A stretch of DNA of 64,000 bases, from the NCBI GenBank assembly GCA_964424305.1, contig CAYRHW010000002.1, positions 2,115 to 66,114 of the forward strand, read 5' to 3'. How positions within the stretch are numbered: the first letter of the stretch is position 1; each line of letters starts with the position of its first letter. Position numbers and translations under genes: made by a program. Of the stretch, positions 11,624 through 23,500 are shown in pieces. The notes under the pieces were generated by a model. The model saw only the letters and a program-made list of their open reading frames with translations, was not told where the DNA came from and searched no databases. The stretch is from an uncultured Candidatus Saccharibacteria bacterium (GTDB lineage: Bacteria; Patescibacteriota; Minisyncoccia; Minisyncoccales; Staskawiczbacteraceae).

Positions 11624-12640
11624 GATTCTTTGCATAGCAGGAAGATTATGACAATCCTCGAAAGCTTTTCTAATCTTGCCTAAAGCACTATCCAAAACTT
11701 GGCGCGCTCGCTCGGTCGAAAATCCGAGTTTTTCACCAAGTTCAGCAAAGGTCATGCCATCCTTAAAACGATGCCCTATTAACAGGCGCTCGTTTTCTGT
11801 TAAATTGGCGCTGGTAACAGCCTCTCCCAAAACTTCAAGACATGTAGCGCACTGTTGGTCCCTTACTTTGTCACGAAAGGCAACAATCTGAGGACTTAGG
11901 GATTCCATATCTTCTGTCGGAACAATTTTGCTCTGACAACGTGCAACTTTCCCCGCATCTCTGTTTATCTGAGATATAATCGCCCTGCAAGCATAGGTCG
12001 AAAACTTGTTCCCCCTGTTTGCCTCGAACTTGTTAATGGCTCTGAAAAGGGCTTCATTTCCGGCCGAAATAGTTTCTTGAATGTCTGTAATCGGGTACTT
12101 GGAATATCCAATCATTGTCATAACAAGCGGCATATTGGCAGCTGCTATGAATTCTCTAATGCGAACCATTCTTTGGAACCAAAAAGTTATTTTCCTGGCT
12201 TGTGCTAGCGGAGGCACTTCACCATTCAAGCCTTTCGTCAAATCAAATAAACGGAATCGGCAATAGTTATAGCCACGAAACATTTCTTGTTCGTGCTTCC
12301 TTACAAATTTTCTTGCCAGCAGATTATCTTCGCTTTGACCGGCGTCATCATCCTCTGGCAAAAACACATATTGAGGGACTGTCCGTTCGTCTAACTCTCG
12401 GAAAAGAGCGGAGACTTCTTTCTCGAATCCGGGCTTTGTAAACAACTTGTCTTTCATTACTTCGACGGGCTCTCTTTTTGCCCGCTGTAGCAAATCAAGC
12501 TCTTCGGCCGTTAACGGACGAGTTTTTCTTTTCCGTTTCGCCCTCGAAAGAAAAACCCTTCTTCCGATACGACGAAGTTCCTCAATCATTCTTAAGCACT
12601 CATCAATTTCCCGCATCAGATAATTGCTCTTTCTTTCCAC
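11621..12640 (-). CDS. Atypical sigma-70 family factor 1; start re-called at GTG 12640 (ORF track starts at TTG 12724)
   Basis: Region 2 ANMPLV..GNEALFRAINKFEANRGNKFSTYACRAI; region 4 LTENERLLIGHRF..TFAELGEKLGFSTERARQV; GGAAGGGAG 6 nt before an in-frame GTG. Confidence 0.82.
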   Translation of the reverse strand: MERKSNYLMREIDECLRMIEELRRIGRRVFLSRAKRKRKTRPLTAEELDLLQRAKREPVEVMKDKLFTKPGFEKEVSALFRELDERTVPQYVFLPEDDDAGQSEDNLLARKFVRKHEQEMFRGYNYCRFRLFDLTKGLNGEVPPLAQARKITFWFQRMVRIREFIAAANMPLVMTMIGYSKYPITDIQETISAGNEALFRAINKFEANRGNKFSTYACRAIISQINRDAGKVARCQSKIVPTEDMESLSPQIVAFRDKVRDQQCATCLEVLGEAVTSANLTENERLLIGHRFKDGMTFAELGEKLGFSTERARQVLDSALGKIRKAFEDCHNLPAMQRI

Positions 12641-12671
12641 GGTTATCTCCCTTCCTTGGTTGTCAAAAAGC
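12641..12671 (-). promoter_or_regulatory. boxA-like plus SD leader of sigma gene 1
   Basis: GCTTTTTGACAACCAAGGAAGGGAGATAACC-GTG, preceded by hairpin ACCCGG..ACCC-TATG-GGGT-CCGGGT. Confidence 0.6.
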
Positions 12672-12742
12672 GGAGTACCCGGACCCCATAGGGTTACCGG
12701 GTCCTTTGGTTTGCATTTTACCAAAACCCAAAAGTTAAAATA

Positions 12743-12771
12743 ATAATATTATTAAAACACAGCAATGTCAA
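12743..12771 (-). promoter_or_regulatory. Sigma70-type promoter of sigma gene 1
   Basis: TTGACA-17 nt-TATTAT. Confidence 0.7.
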
Positions 12772-12774
12772 AAG

Positions 12775-12808
12775 TGTAAAAAAAGAGGCTGGCATCGAAC
12801 CAACCCTA
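12775..12808 (-). terminator. Intrinsic terminator of sigma gene 2 (paralog of 11591..11623)
   Basis: GGGTTGG-TTCGATG-CCAGCCT-CTTTTTTT; same stem as 11591..11623 with a different loop. Confidence 0.75.
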
Positions 12809-12811
12809 TTC

Positions 12812-13792
12812 TCACGTTTTATGTCCTTTTTTATTTTCAACTTTCACGGTAAGACCATAATACCTTTTCAAAACTTCTGCTATGCTAGAAAAAGCAATGC
12901 TTAATATGTATCGCACACCTTCTTTAGTACACCCGATTTTTTTAGCTATCGCGGCAAGATCCCTTTCTTGGCATCCAAATCCAAAACGGAGCTTAACCGC
13001 CATTTTTTGTTGAGCAGATAAGCCGGCGTGCGTATCTATTATTTCTCTCATGTGTTCCAGAAGAGACTCCAGTCTTTGATCACGTATAGCATCAACAGAT
13101 CCTGCCGCGATAAAATCTAGGACGTCATCATCGCCCGCTGGTCTGTATCTTGCTAACTGTCGCTGCTCTTTGGCGCGATAAGAACCAATCCTGTGCAATA
13201 TCGCCCTGCATGCATAAGTAGAAAATTTAAATCCCCGAGTCACATCGAACTTATCAATTGCGCTAAGAAGAGCTTGGTTCCCGTTGGAAACAGCCACAGG
13301 AATTTCCGGAAGCTTCATTCCCCTGACCTTAGAAACCATTTTCTTCACCAACTGCTGATGAACATTGAAAAGGAATTCTCGCATTCTGCGCAATAGATTA
13401 AACCAGTTGATTATTTCTCTGGTCTTCTCGGTCGGAATCTGTTGGCCGTTAACTCCTTCCATGAGTTTGGCCATACGATACCGACAGTAGTTAAGACCCA
13501 AGAAAAATTCTATTTCGTTGGCTATCGCAAAAACTCTGGCCTCAACGTCTTTCGGGCTTTGTTCTTGGCTTATTTCGCTAAAAAGGGACGCACCTGGCAT
13601 TGGTTGATGTTCAAAAATTCCCAAAAACCTCAAAAACTCTTCGTGGAATCCGGGATCATCAAACTTTTCGCTAATCATATATTCCAGCGGCTCTTTCCTG
13701 GCTGACTTAAACATTTTGGCCTCGCGGGCAGTTATTTTTTTGACCTTGCGTTTGCCTCCCCGTCGGGAGGACGCATCGCTTTTCTTCGCCAT
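12812..13792 (-). CDS. Atypical sigma-70 family factor 2
   Basis: FLGLNYCRYRM, GNQALLSAIDKFDVTRGFKFSTYACRAI, C-terminal HTH DLAAIAKKIGCTKEGVRYI; paralog of the neighbour. Confidence 0.85.
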   Translation of the reverse strand: MAKKSDASSRRGGKRKVKKITAREAKMFKSARKEPLEYMISEKFDDPGFHEEFLRFLGIFEHQPMPGASLFSEISQEQSPKDVEARVFAIANEIEFFLGLNYCRYRMAKLMEGVNGQQIPTEKTREIINWFNLLRRMREFLFNVHQQLVKKMVSKVRGMKLPEIPVAVSNGNQALLSAIDKFDVTRGFKFSTYACRAILHRIGSYRAKEQRQLARYRPAGDDDVLDFIAAGSVDAIRDQRLESLLEHMREIIDTHAGLSAQQKMAVKLRFGFGCQERDLAAIAKKIGCTKEGVRYILSIAFSSIAEVLKRYYGLTVKVENKKGHKT

Positions 13793-13842
13793 GGCTTGCC
13801 TCCCTTCTTTGTTTGTAAAAGAACTTTAGCCCGTTTACGGGC
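13793..13842 (-). promoter_or_regulatory. Hairpin plus boxA-like plus SD leader of sigma gene 2
   Basis: GCCCGT-AA-ACGGGC-TAAA-GTTCTTTTACAA-ACAAAGAAGGGAGG-CAAGCC-ATG. Confidence 0.6.
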
Positions 13843-13851
13843 AATTTGTTT

Positions 13852-16665
13852 TTAAATCTCTTCTTTCAAAAACTTTCCTGTATGACTTTTGGAAGACTTA
13901 GCAATATCCTTTGGGGTACCCTCTGCTACAATTTCACCCCCTCCTTCCCCGCCCTCTGGTCCCATATCTATAACCCAATCGGAGTTTTTTATAAAATCAA
14001 CATTGTGCTCAACAGCAATTACTGTATTTCCCTTAGCTACTAATTCTTTTAGCACAAACAACAATCTTTTAACATCGTCAGGATGCAAACCAGTTGTTGG
14101 TTCATCTAAAATATACAAAGTCTTCCCGGTTGTCTTGCGAGACAGCTCAGTAGCTAGTTTTACCCTCTGGGCCTCGCCTCCAGAAAGAGAAGGAGCTGGC
14201 TGGCCAATCTCCATATATGGGAGTCCGACTTCTTTTAGAGTTTTGAATTTAGAATAAAGCCCGGGAATGTTCTTAAAGAATTCGGCACCTTCTTCAATGG
14301 TCATATCCAACACTTCGGCAATATTCTTTCCCTTATATTCAATCGATAAAACCTCTTTATTATATCTCTGCCCCCGACACTCCGGGCATTCGACATAGAT
14401 ATCTGGCAAGAAATACATTTCCACCCTATTTTGCCCTTGGCCCTCGCAAGCCTCGCATCTGCCACCCTTAACATTAAAAGAAAACCTTCCCGCGCCGTAA
14501 CCCCTAATCTTAGCTTCTTTGGTACGAGTGAAAATATCTCGGATGTAGGCAAAGGCACCGGTATAGGTGGCGGGATTTGATCTTGGGGTTCTACCGATAG
14601 CCGATTGATCTACCAAGACCACCTTGTTCAAATGTTCAATCCCTTTTATCTCCCCGTGTTTACCCGGTTCATCCTTTGCCCGGTAAAATCTTTTTAACAA
14701 AGACTTGGCTAAAATGTCATCAACCAAGGAAGATTTTCCGGAGCCAGAGACACCGGTGACACAGATAAACTTCCCTAAAGGGAAATTTACATCAATATTT
14801 TTTAAATTATGCTCCTGGGCCCCCTTGATTACTAGGTATTCTTGTTTCCCATTCTCCTTCTTTCTCAATGTTGGCGAATTAACCTGTTTTTTACCCGATA
14901 AATACTCACCCGTTAATGTATGAGATTTTAAAAGTTGAGCTGGGGTACCTTTAAATATGACCTTGCCACCGTGCTTACCTGCACCGGGCCCAATGTCCAC
15001 AACCCAATCGGCCGAAAGAATTGTTTGAGGATCGTGCTCACAGAGAATTACTGTATTACCTAGATCCCTTAATTTCTTCAATGTTTCAATCAGCTTATGT
15101 TGATCTCTAGGGTGAAGTCCAATTGACGGTTCGTCTAAGATGTATAGAACCCCGGATAGTCTAGATCCAATTTGAGTGGCTAATCTTATCCTCTGCTCCT
15201 CTCCACCAGCCAGAGTTAGAGCTTTTCTGCCCAAGGCTAAATAGCCCAGACCAACATCGATTAGGAATTCGATGCGATTAATAATTTCTTTGATGATTGG
15301 CTGGGCGATTCTAAGATCAGCGCTGCTAATACTTTTGTGGCCAACAAGATGATCAAAAAATTCTTTTGTATTTGAAACCGGCATTTCTGAAATCTGATTG
15401 ATAGATTTTTCTCCCACGGTTACTGCCAGAACTTCCGGCTTCAATCTTTTCCCCAAACAAGATGGGCACTCTTTAATAACCATGTACTGCTCAATCTCCT
15501 GGCGGGTCCAATCCGAATCCGTTTCGTGATACCTTCTTTCTAAATTTGGCATTACTCCCTCAAAACCCAAACCATCACCATGCAAAATTACCTTAACTAT
15601 CTTGGGATCTAAATTTTTAAATTCCTCATCCAAAGAAAACTTATATTTTTCAGCTAATTCCGATAGCCTAACCCAGTAGTAGCTTTGCCTGCCCACCTTA
15701 TGGGAAGCTCGCATCCATGGCCAGATAGCGCCCTCGGCGATAGTTAGATTTTTATTGGGAATTACTAAATCCGGATCAACCTCCAATTTCTCCCCAAGAC
15801 CAGTACACTCGGAACAGGCCCCGTAGGGGTTGTTAAAGGAAAACAATCTCGGTTCTAATTCTGACAAAGAAACACCGCACTCTTCGCAGGCGAAATGCTT
15901 AGAGAAAACTAAATCTTTACTTTCCTTATTCCCTTTGATTTTTTGACTCACAACCAACATGCCCCTTCCCAACTTCAAACCAGTCTCAACGGAATCTGTT
16001 ATCCTTATTCTATCTGGACTCTTATCTAAAACTAATCTATCAATCACTACTTCGATGTTGTGTTTTTTATTCTTATCTAAAGCTTTCTCTACCACCTCTT
16101 CCATTTTGTAAACTATTCCATCCAATCTCAATCTAACAAACCCGCCCCTTTGGGCCTCTTCTATCAAGCCATGGTGCTCTCCCTTCTTACCGCGAGCAAT
16201 GGGACCCAGGATGATAATCTCTGAACCTTTTTCTAAATTTAAAATCTGATCAACAATTTGATCCACAGTAACCTTACTGATGGGTTTTTTACATTTTGGA
16301 CAATGAGGTTTACCAACTCTTGCAAATAAAAGACGGAGGTAGTCATAGATCTCTGTAATGGTGCCGACAGTGGATCTTGGATTATGGGAACCTTTTCTTT
16401 GATCAATGGAGATGGCGGGCGAGATGCCCTCTATTTTATCTACGTCGGGTTTATCCATCACACCCAAAAACTGCCGCGCATAGGCTGACAAACTTTCGAC
16501 ATACCTTCTCTGCCCTTCGGCGTATAGGGTATCAAACGCTAAAGAAGATTTTCCAGAACCAGATAGACCAGTAAAAACAACCAACTTATTCTTGGGAATG
16601 TCTAAATCGATGTTTTTTAGATTATGAACCCGCGCACCCCTAATTTTTATGAAATTATCGGCCAT
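13852..16665 (-). CDS. uvrA: Excinuclease ABC subunit A
   Basis: Two Walker A motifs ([18 protein letters not shown]), zinc fingers, [12 protein letters not shown]. Confidence 0.98.
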   Translation of the reverse strand: MADNFIKIRGARVHNLKNIDLDIPKNKLVVFTGLSGSGKSSLAFDTLYAEGQRRYVESLSAYARQFLGVMDKPDVDKIEGISPAISIDQRKGSHNPRSTVGTITEIYDYLRLLFARVGKPHCPKCKKPISKVTVDQIVDQILNLEKGSEIIILGPIARGKKGEHHGLIEEAQRGGFVRLRLDGIVYKMEEVVEKALDKNKKHNIEVVIDRLVLDKSPDRIRITDSVETGLKLGRGMLVVSQKIKGNKESKDLVFSKHFACEECGVSLSELEPRLFSFNNPYGACSECTGLGEKLEVDPDLVIPNKNLTIAEGAIWPWMRASHKVGRQSYYWVRLSELAEKYKFSLDEEFKNLDPKIVKVILHGDGLGFEGVMPNLERRYHETDSDWTRQEIEQYMVIKECPSCLGKRLKPEVLAVTVGEKSINQISEMPVSNTKEFFDHLVGHKSISSADLRIAQPIIKEIINRIEFLIDVGLGYLALGRKALTLAGGEEQRIRLATQIGSRLSGVLYILDEPSIGLHPRDQHKLIETLKKLRDLGNTVILCEHDPQTILSADWVVDIGPGAGKHGGKVIFKGTPAQLLKSHTLTGEYLSGKKQVNSPTLRKKENGKQEYLVIKGAQEHNLKNIDVNFPLGKFICVTGVSGSGKSSLVDDILAKSLLKRFYRAKDEPGKHGEIKGIEHLNKVVLVDQSAIGRTPRSNPATYTGAFAYIRDIFTRTKEAKIRGYGAGRFSFNVKGGRCEACEGQGQNRVEMYFLPDIYVECPECRGQRYNKEVLSIEYKGKNIAEVLDMTIEEGAEFFKNIPGLYSKFKTLKEVGLPYMEIGQPAPSLSGGEAQRVKLATELSRKTTGKTLYILDEPTTGLHPDDVKRLLFVLKELVAKGNTVIAVEHNVDFIKNSDWVIDMGPEGGEGGGEIVAEGTPKDIAKSSKSHTGKFLKEEI

Positions 16666-16686
16666 AGGCTATAATTTAAGTAGGTT

Positions 16687-16715
16687 ATTATACCAATCAT
16701 TAGAATAAATATCAA
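16687..16715 (-). promoter_or_regulatory. Sigma70-type promoter of uvrA
   Basis: TTGATA-17 nt-TATAAT with extended TG. Confidence 0.7.
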
Positions 16716-16756
16716 GAGTGGCCGGAGGATGCCAGATGTCCCACCAACCTATCTTG

Positions 16757-16794
16757 CACCAAAAAAGCAGCGTTCCCACCGCTTTAATTCACCC
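16757..16794 (-). terminator. Terminator closing giant-protein cassette 1 (paralog of 30633..30670)
   Basis: GGGTGAATTA-AAGCGGTG-GGAA-CGCTGCTT-TTTTGGTG. Confidence 0.7.
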
Positions 16795-16812
16795 CGTGTC
16801 TCTAAATGTCCT

Positions 16813-17187
16813 TTAGTAATTGACCCTATTTATTAACAGGTCTAAAAGAGTTTTTAGTTCTACTTGAGCCTCTACCTCGTTATTGGAGTTAACAAACTTC
16901 TGCCACTGATCAAAAATTGGCTTGCTATTTATATCTCTTATGGCGTTCTCCAGTACGAGTCTGTCATCAAAAGAAACCTCCCCACCAGCATTTAAAATCT
17001 TTTCACAAAATATCTTAGTAAAGTTTATAACCTTCTCATTAAGTTGGTATGCCAAAAGTGTACTCTGAGTGACCCTTACTCTTTCTAGAGAAGCAAGATA
17101 CTGACCAATAAAAACACCGTCCATTAAAAGAAGAATAATAATTATTAGAAAAAGGAGTCTATCTTTTGGTATTTGCATATGTAACAA
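16813..17187 (-). CDS. Small TM-anchored partner protein, SFEDRL family (paralog A; ATG 17178 is a possible start)
   Basis: N-terminal TM, then VINFTKIF..VSFDDRLVLENAIR..FDQWQKF..ELKTLLDLLINRV. Confidence 0.8.
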   Translation of the reverse strand: MLHMQIPKDRLLFLIIIILLLMDGVFIGQYLASLERVRVTQSTLLAYQLNEKVINFTKIFCEKILNAGGEVSFDDRLVLENAIRDINSKPIFDQWQKFVNSNNEVEAQVELKTLLDLLINRVNY

Positions 17188-17547
17188 CTATTGATTTATT
17201 TTCTCCAACAACAATTGGAGTAAATTCTTGGCCTCTCCCCCCACCTCTTGGTCAGGTGCTTTGGTAAATTTTTGCCACTGCAAAAATATATCGTTGTCCT
17301 TGGTCCCCCTGACCGCGTTCTCCAGTGCGAGCCGATCCTCGAAGGATATGTTTCCGTCTGTTTTCAATACCAAAGTAACAAACATTTTCGTAAACCCTAT
17401 AACCCCTTCATTATACCTATAGGTATTCACTTTTTGGGTTAGAGATTTAGCGTTTGACCACAATATGCAATTTCCCACAGCAGAAAACATTAAAACCATC
17501 AAAAGTATAATTGTTATAATTAAAAGTATTAATGATTTTCTGGCCAT
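17188..17547 (-). CDS. Small TM-anchored partner protein, SFEDRL family (paralog B)
   Basis: N-terminal TM, VIGFTKMF..ISFEDRLALENAVR..FLQWQKF..EAKNLLQLLLEKI; starts 2 nt after the giant gene stop. Confidence 0.82.
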   Translation of the reverse strand: MARKSLILLIITIILLMVLMFSAVGNCILWSNAKSLTQKVNTYRYNEGVIGFTKMFVTLVLKTDGNISFEDRLALENAVRGTKDNDIFLQWQKFTKAPDQEVGGEAKNLLQLLLEKINQ

Positions 17548-17549
17548 GG

Positions 17550-20500
17550 CTATGGGGTATTTTTACCCTTTTTATTAATTAATTCCCTAATCCTGTCTCG
17601 GTAAAAATTAATCGCAAGTAAAATAACGATGACCAGGATAATACCGGCCTTCCAGTCAAAATATCTGAGCAACCAGAAACTCTTTTCTAGCCCAATGTTC
17701 TGATGAATTTCATTTCCCCAAACAACCTCAATGCTTTCCCCCCTGTAGGGGCTATAACCCTTGGCCTCAACCAATAATTGATATGTTCCCTGTGGCGCCA
17801 AGAAGGCGTAACGACCAGTATCGTCGGTGATTTGGGGGTTTATCTGCTGATAATTCTTAGCTGGCCATAATTCATATTCTCTAGTTTCTGGATTTAACCA
17901 GAACAACGATGCCTTAGCACCCTCAATTCTCATTTTTCCTTGGCTTGTTTGGTAATAGATGTAACCTTCTGGGTCAATAACAGTTACTAACTTTAATTCT
18001 TTCGGAAGCAACTTAATATTATTATATTCCATAACACTTATTATCTCGTACTCTCCGTCAACAACGGGCATTGATACATTCGCCGTCCAAATTCCATCGC
18101 CATCAGCGTCTTCGTAATAGAACTCTTTAACAACAAGGGCCTGCTCTAGATTCTCTCCTCCGTCGGTTAACGCTGGAGACAGCAAAGAAGCAGCTGTTTT
18201 TTTAAGAATACTTTCCGTTGTTTCCTTCTTCCCTTTCTGCTTAAATATTAAATAACCTTTAATAGTTTTTACGGATCCCTCCGGCTTAATAATCAGCTGA
18301 ACATCCTTCCCAGCCATAACGCTTACTTTTTGCTGAATTTCTCCCTGGTCGCCCATGGTAATCGAAGTCTCCTTATCAACTGTTCCACTGCCACTTCTGA
18401 CAAATAGAATGTCTGTTGGTACCCTCTCTTTTAATTGCAGGGTGAGATGATCTAGAGAGACTCCTTGGGGAAGAGTGAAGTCTTTGGGATCCACTAATGG
18501 ACTACCGAGCCCACTTAACCGAACATTCTGCTCAATGGCCTGAGAAAGTCCAGACAAAGATAAACTATTGCCATATAGCTTCTCCACATCAGTTATCTTT
18601 GTTATCCCAATTTCCGTCAAAGCTTTGTCTAACTGCGGAAACTTCCCAGCCAAAACTCTTAATTCTTTTGGTAGGGGTTGCAAAACAAACCTTTCAATTG
18701 ATTTTGTCGGCATTGTATCCCAAATGTTAGACAAAGCATCGGGTGCTTTTTGAGGAACCACTTCCTCTACTGGGGGCTGGGGCGGTATCGGTGGCTCTAT
18801 GGGTGTTATGGGTGGAGTCGGAGGATTAATAATATCAATTATTGGAGTAAGAATATTCGGTATCCGGTAATTAATGGTGGCGGTTATTGTGTCAGATGAA
18901 ACCCCGTAGGTAGTAAAGAATTTAACATAAACAGTCTTTTGGCCCTGGCCATCAGATAATCTCCATTGCTTTGTAATTGCGTAGGATTCTTGTATCGCAT
19001 TGGTGAAATTAGGATCATTGGACACAGACATTCTAAATGTATCAGAGCTACCCCTAAGGGTAAGAGCAACATCCTGGGTGTTAGTAGTCATGGCCCCATT
19101 ATTTATCTGGACCAGGAATCCTGTTAAAGGAGCTGATGGAGGAAGGTAGGCTCCGACCGGGAGACTTCCTCCCCCAGGACAGCCAGCGGTTGTGACTGAA
19201 GAGGTAGACATTGCTGTTTCTGCGCCACCATTCTTCGCCTTAACTGTGAACGTGTAAGAAGTATTGCAAACCAAACCAGAGGAAATCCATGTGGTTGTTG
19301 TTATCCATCCAGAGTTAGTAGAGTCAGTTGTATTTTCGCCATAATATTCGGTGCCCGTTGGGTTAGAATACGCTGTCCAAGTTACTGTGATCTGACTAGC
19401 AGAATCGGCCACCAAAGAAAGAGTAGGTGGAGTAACATCAATATTAATGTCATAGGCTGAGGCCGTTGTTGCAGAGTTCCCGGCAACATCTTCTCCATAT
19501 AGACAGATATACTTCGTATTGTTATCTACGGTGGTCTGATTTATTGAATCAGAATCAGTTTTAGAATAACTTCCGGCAGAAACAGGACAAACTCCATCAG
19601 CATCATATTCCCACTTCTTTACTGAGGCATCCCCCCAACTGCCTGTGACAGTATCTGAAATAACAGGACCCGCTGCAACGTTGTTAGAGAAAGAAAGAGT
19701 TGGACCAGTAGTATCAATAACCAAAGCCTTATTAGCACCCAAAGAATTAGTAGATCCCGGCGAAGCTAGCGTTAATATGGCATTATTCCCCACCGCATCT
19801 TTAATGGTGCCACCGTTGAGAACCAGGGCTGTTGTTGAAGTATAATCAAGGTCAGTAGAGGCGTTACCGGAAGCCACCGTGTAATTAAACGTAATCGTAT
19901 TTGTACCCGAGCCAGATAAATAATCTACTGCTGTGGTCGACGGGCTTGAAGTTGATAAAATTAATTGAGGGATCCCGCTGACAATAACATCTTCACTGAA
20001 ACTTACCTGGACTGGAACTATTTGGTTAATCGTGTAGTTACCATTATCAAGGGGAGATGTGACCCCGGAAACAGTGGGAGCAGTGTTATCCAAAACTGCA
20101 GACACTGTTGTAACAGAACTTGGATTTCCGACCGGGTCTATTGCCTGAACGTGGATATAGTATGTGCCGTTTCCCGAAGATTGAGTTACGGTGATAGTGG
20201 AATCATAGCTTCCCGAAGGCGAACTTCCTATAGTTTGGTCAACTAAATAACGGAAAGTGGCGGTGCCGTCGCTTGAACTCCATGTCCATGTCTTGCTCTT
20301 TGCCGGCGTACTATCATCACTAAGTCCGGTGATATTCGGAGCAGTGTTATCAACTGTAAATGCCGTGCTTGGTCCTGCACCAAGAGAAGTGTTCCCGGCG
20401 TTGTCTGAAGCAGTGGCAGCTGCAATTGAAATACCAAGGGTGCCGTCTCCGGTAATGGAAGATATGGTAACCGTTCTTGTTGCTGTTCCAGAACCAGAAA

Positions 20501-23500
20501 CAGCAACACTTCCGTCTGCGCTTCCGGTTTTATTTAAGGTTACATTCCCTGCCACCAAACTAATCGAATCTGCTCCGCCATAAGTTATCGTATAAGTAAT
20601 TGGACCTGTGTTGGTTAAACTTGCCGATGGGGCACCGATTGAATTTGTCGGCGCGGTGATATCGTATAAAATATTATTTGCGCTATAGTAAGCCGTGGAA
20701 TTATTTGCCACGTCTTTGCATTCCAGTTTCATACAATAGTAATGGCCGTCTGTTCCGATAAAACTTGCCGAATGAGTCGTGCTCCATGTTGTTATAATTG
20801 TGTAAGATTTTCCACTGCAACCGGTGCCCGGCGAAGTTCCGACATCTGAATAAGAAATCTGATATGGCGCGGCGTTCAATCCAGAGCCCGAGTCAGTACA
20901 GGTTCCAACATTTGCAATATCAACCGTGGGAGCCGAATTGTCATAAATCAAAGTCGCAGGACTCACGCCCGGAGGACTTACCAAACTCGGCGGAGTGGTA
21001 TCAAAATCCCAATTTGTGTTACTTCCTGGCACTAAATCCGTACAGCCCGACGGAATAATGTGATTTGTTTTTGCATAAGAATAAGAAACAATTGCGTTAG
21101 TTACGGTCGTGGACGCCGGCGCCAAAATATACCAGGTTACAGCCGCAGAACTTGGAGCCAAAGTAATATTATTTGTTCCTGCTCCACCGGAAATATTTAA
21201 AGTTGTAGAAATCGTGTGCGGAGAAGCAAGCGATGCAGCAGCAAATTTTAATGTACTTGCATTTGTAATATCATTCAAAATTGCTGTCTGCAATTGGTCA
21301 GCAAAAGTCACTCCGCCCGATGAAGCATTTGTTACGGTTAAAATATTAAAAAGTTGTCCATTGGATGTGATATTCTGCGTGCCCGTACCATTGAATGTGA
21401 CGGCGGATGTACCCGGAGTAATACCAATTTTGGTCGTATCCCAGTCGCCCTTTATAGATATATTCGTGGCGCCGAGATTGGCTGTATTAATGGTGTTGTC
21501 ACCATATACGGCGGAGAAACTGCCGTTAATGGTTATTGCGGGCGTCCCGGTTGAGAGGTCCAGTTTACCAATATCAGTGCCGGTACCCGAAGCTAATTTC
21601 AGATTGTTCACAGTTAACGAGTTGCCTCCGGTATTTAAGGTCATCGGTGATATGCTTCCTTGAGAATTCCAATAACCCACATAAAGATCTCCGGCTAAAT
21701 TCCAATTCCCTGTCATTGTTATGGTTTTCGCGGTTGCCCCATATGACTGGAAATATACCCTGCCTGTGCCATCCCTTGTTAGTGCAGGAAGATTCACATT
21801 TGCCGATGGCGTTATCAACAAACCCGCGTTACCTTTCAGTGTTGTCGCAATATTTACAAAATTATCAACCCCACCAGTTAAATTTGTGGCGTTATCCAAG
21901 GTCAGCGTCGCGCCACTAACGGTTAAAGTACCCACACCAGAGGTTCCTACGTTAAGAGTCGTAGTAGTTGTGTAGGTGCCCGATCCAGTTATACTAAGAT
22001 TTATAAAATTATTGTTCGCGCCTGGGGATAAATTGCCGGTCCCCGTAAGATATACGGTACCGCTCGTTGGTGTGAACGTGCCAGCGCTCGAATCCCAGTT
22101 GCCGCTGGCTGTAATTTTAGAATTGCCCGAGCACGTGACTGTACCGCCCGTGCCAATTGTCATGTCTGCTGTTGTCCAACCGTTGACTGCCGAGGTGCCA
22201 ATGGTTACTGTTCCGCCGGTGACGGTTGAGTTACCAGTAACAGCTAAATCTTTATTTCCAATTGCAAGAGTGCCTCCACTGGCAGTTAAGCTTCCGCCCA
22301 CTGATATGTTAGCTGAGCCGGCGATGGCGGTTCCATTTGAATTAATAAGATTGCCGGCCGCGGAAAGAGAATTTGTGGATTCTGCGCCAATAGATTTTAC
22401 AAAGTGCCCGCTTCCCATGGTCTGGTCGGACTGGTTATTGTATTCGGTCAAAACCCAACCGGTTGAACGGGCGGTGGTTGAAACACGGAACTCATCAAGG
22501 ATACCATTTAAAAATCCGTTGCCTCCACCTACAGCAGCGCCGTATCGTCCTACATAGAATGTTTGAGACGAATCCGATCCTGATGTCCCAACTCCGGTAT
22601 TGGCGCTACTTACAGCCTGAGAAACTCCGTTAACATATATTGTCATTGTTGGATTAATAGAATGCGTATCTCCCTCTATAACAACATATGACCACGCACC
22701 GGTTGAAGGGGCCGTGATCTGCTTTCTTGCGTTCGTAGTTGCTCGCTCAGTAGTAAATCGCAAAAGTGGCCCCGTTTCAAATGAAATCCACCATCCAGGG
22801 CTCACTGTATTGCCATCATTCCTGGCAGCGATAGTCCCAGAAGTATTCGTAGTTGGGTTTATCCAAAAAGACCACGCAACAGATCCACTGCCGCTAGTAT
22901 TAACTAAGTCAGCAATTGACGAGCCTGTCCCCATGTTAATATATTGTGAACTTGACGAAACAAAATTGCCCCCGCCGTCGATTTCTCCTGGTGTAGCTGT
23001 GGCGCCGCTGACAGTTCCGTTGTTTACACCCAAAGAATCATTTGCTGTTAATGATGTGCCGTTTGGTAAATGATAAACTGCGGTATACCCATTACTCCAC
23101 ACCCCGGTTGCATTCTGCTGGCTGGCGCAAGTGGGGTTTCCGTAGTTCATATATAGCGTGGTGTCAGCGGTAGATGAAAGAGTTGGCACCTTCACCCATA
23201 CATATGCTGTGTCGCTTGACCCGCCCCTAGAATAATATTCAATTTCGTGAGTCAGTCTTGTTCCGCTGGCATCCATAAATACTAAATCCTGGCCCGCTGA
23301 TTGGGCGTGCGCGTAAAGGTCGGCGTCGCCGTTTATATATAGAAGGACGGGGAAGTTTGTCTGGTCGCTTGATACTTTGGTGTAGTCAATGGTGACGGCT
23401 TTCTTATAAGCCCAGCTGTAAAGCGTGCTACTGCCCGAGTGAGTAAAGTTATTAAAAGAACTTGAGCCAAGAGAAACGTCTTGCGTGCCAGACCCATTAA

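Noticed and set aside
12641-12724. N-terminal 28 aa of the ORF-track sigma1 (TTG start)
   Set aside because: Region reads better as a 5' UTR (hairpin, boxA-like, SD) ahead of an in-frame GTG, and the shorter protein is closer in length to its paralog
16666-16760. LexA/SOS box upstream of uvrA
   Set aside because: No convincing CTGT-N8-ACAG or GAAC-N4-GTTC palindrome near the promoter
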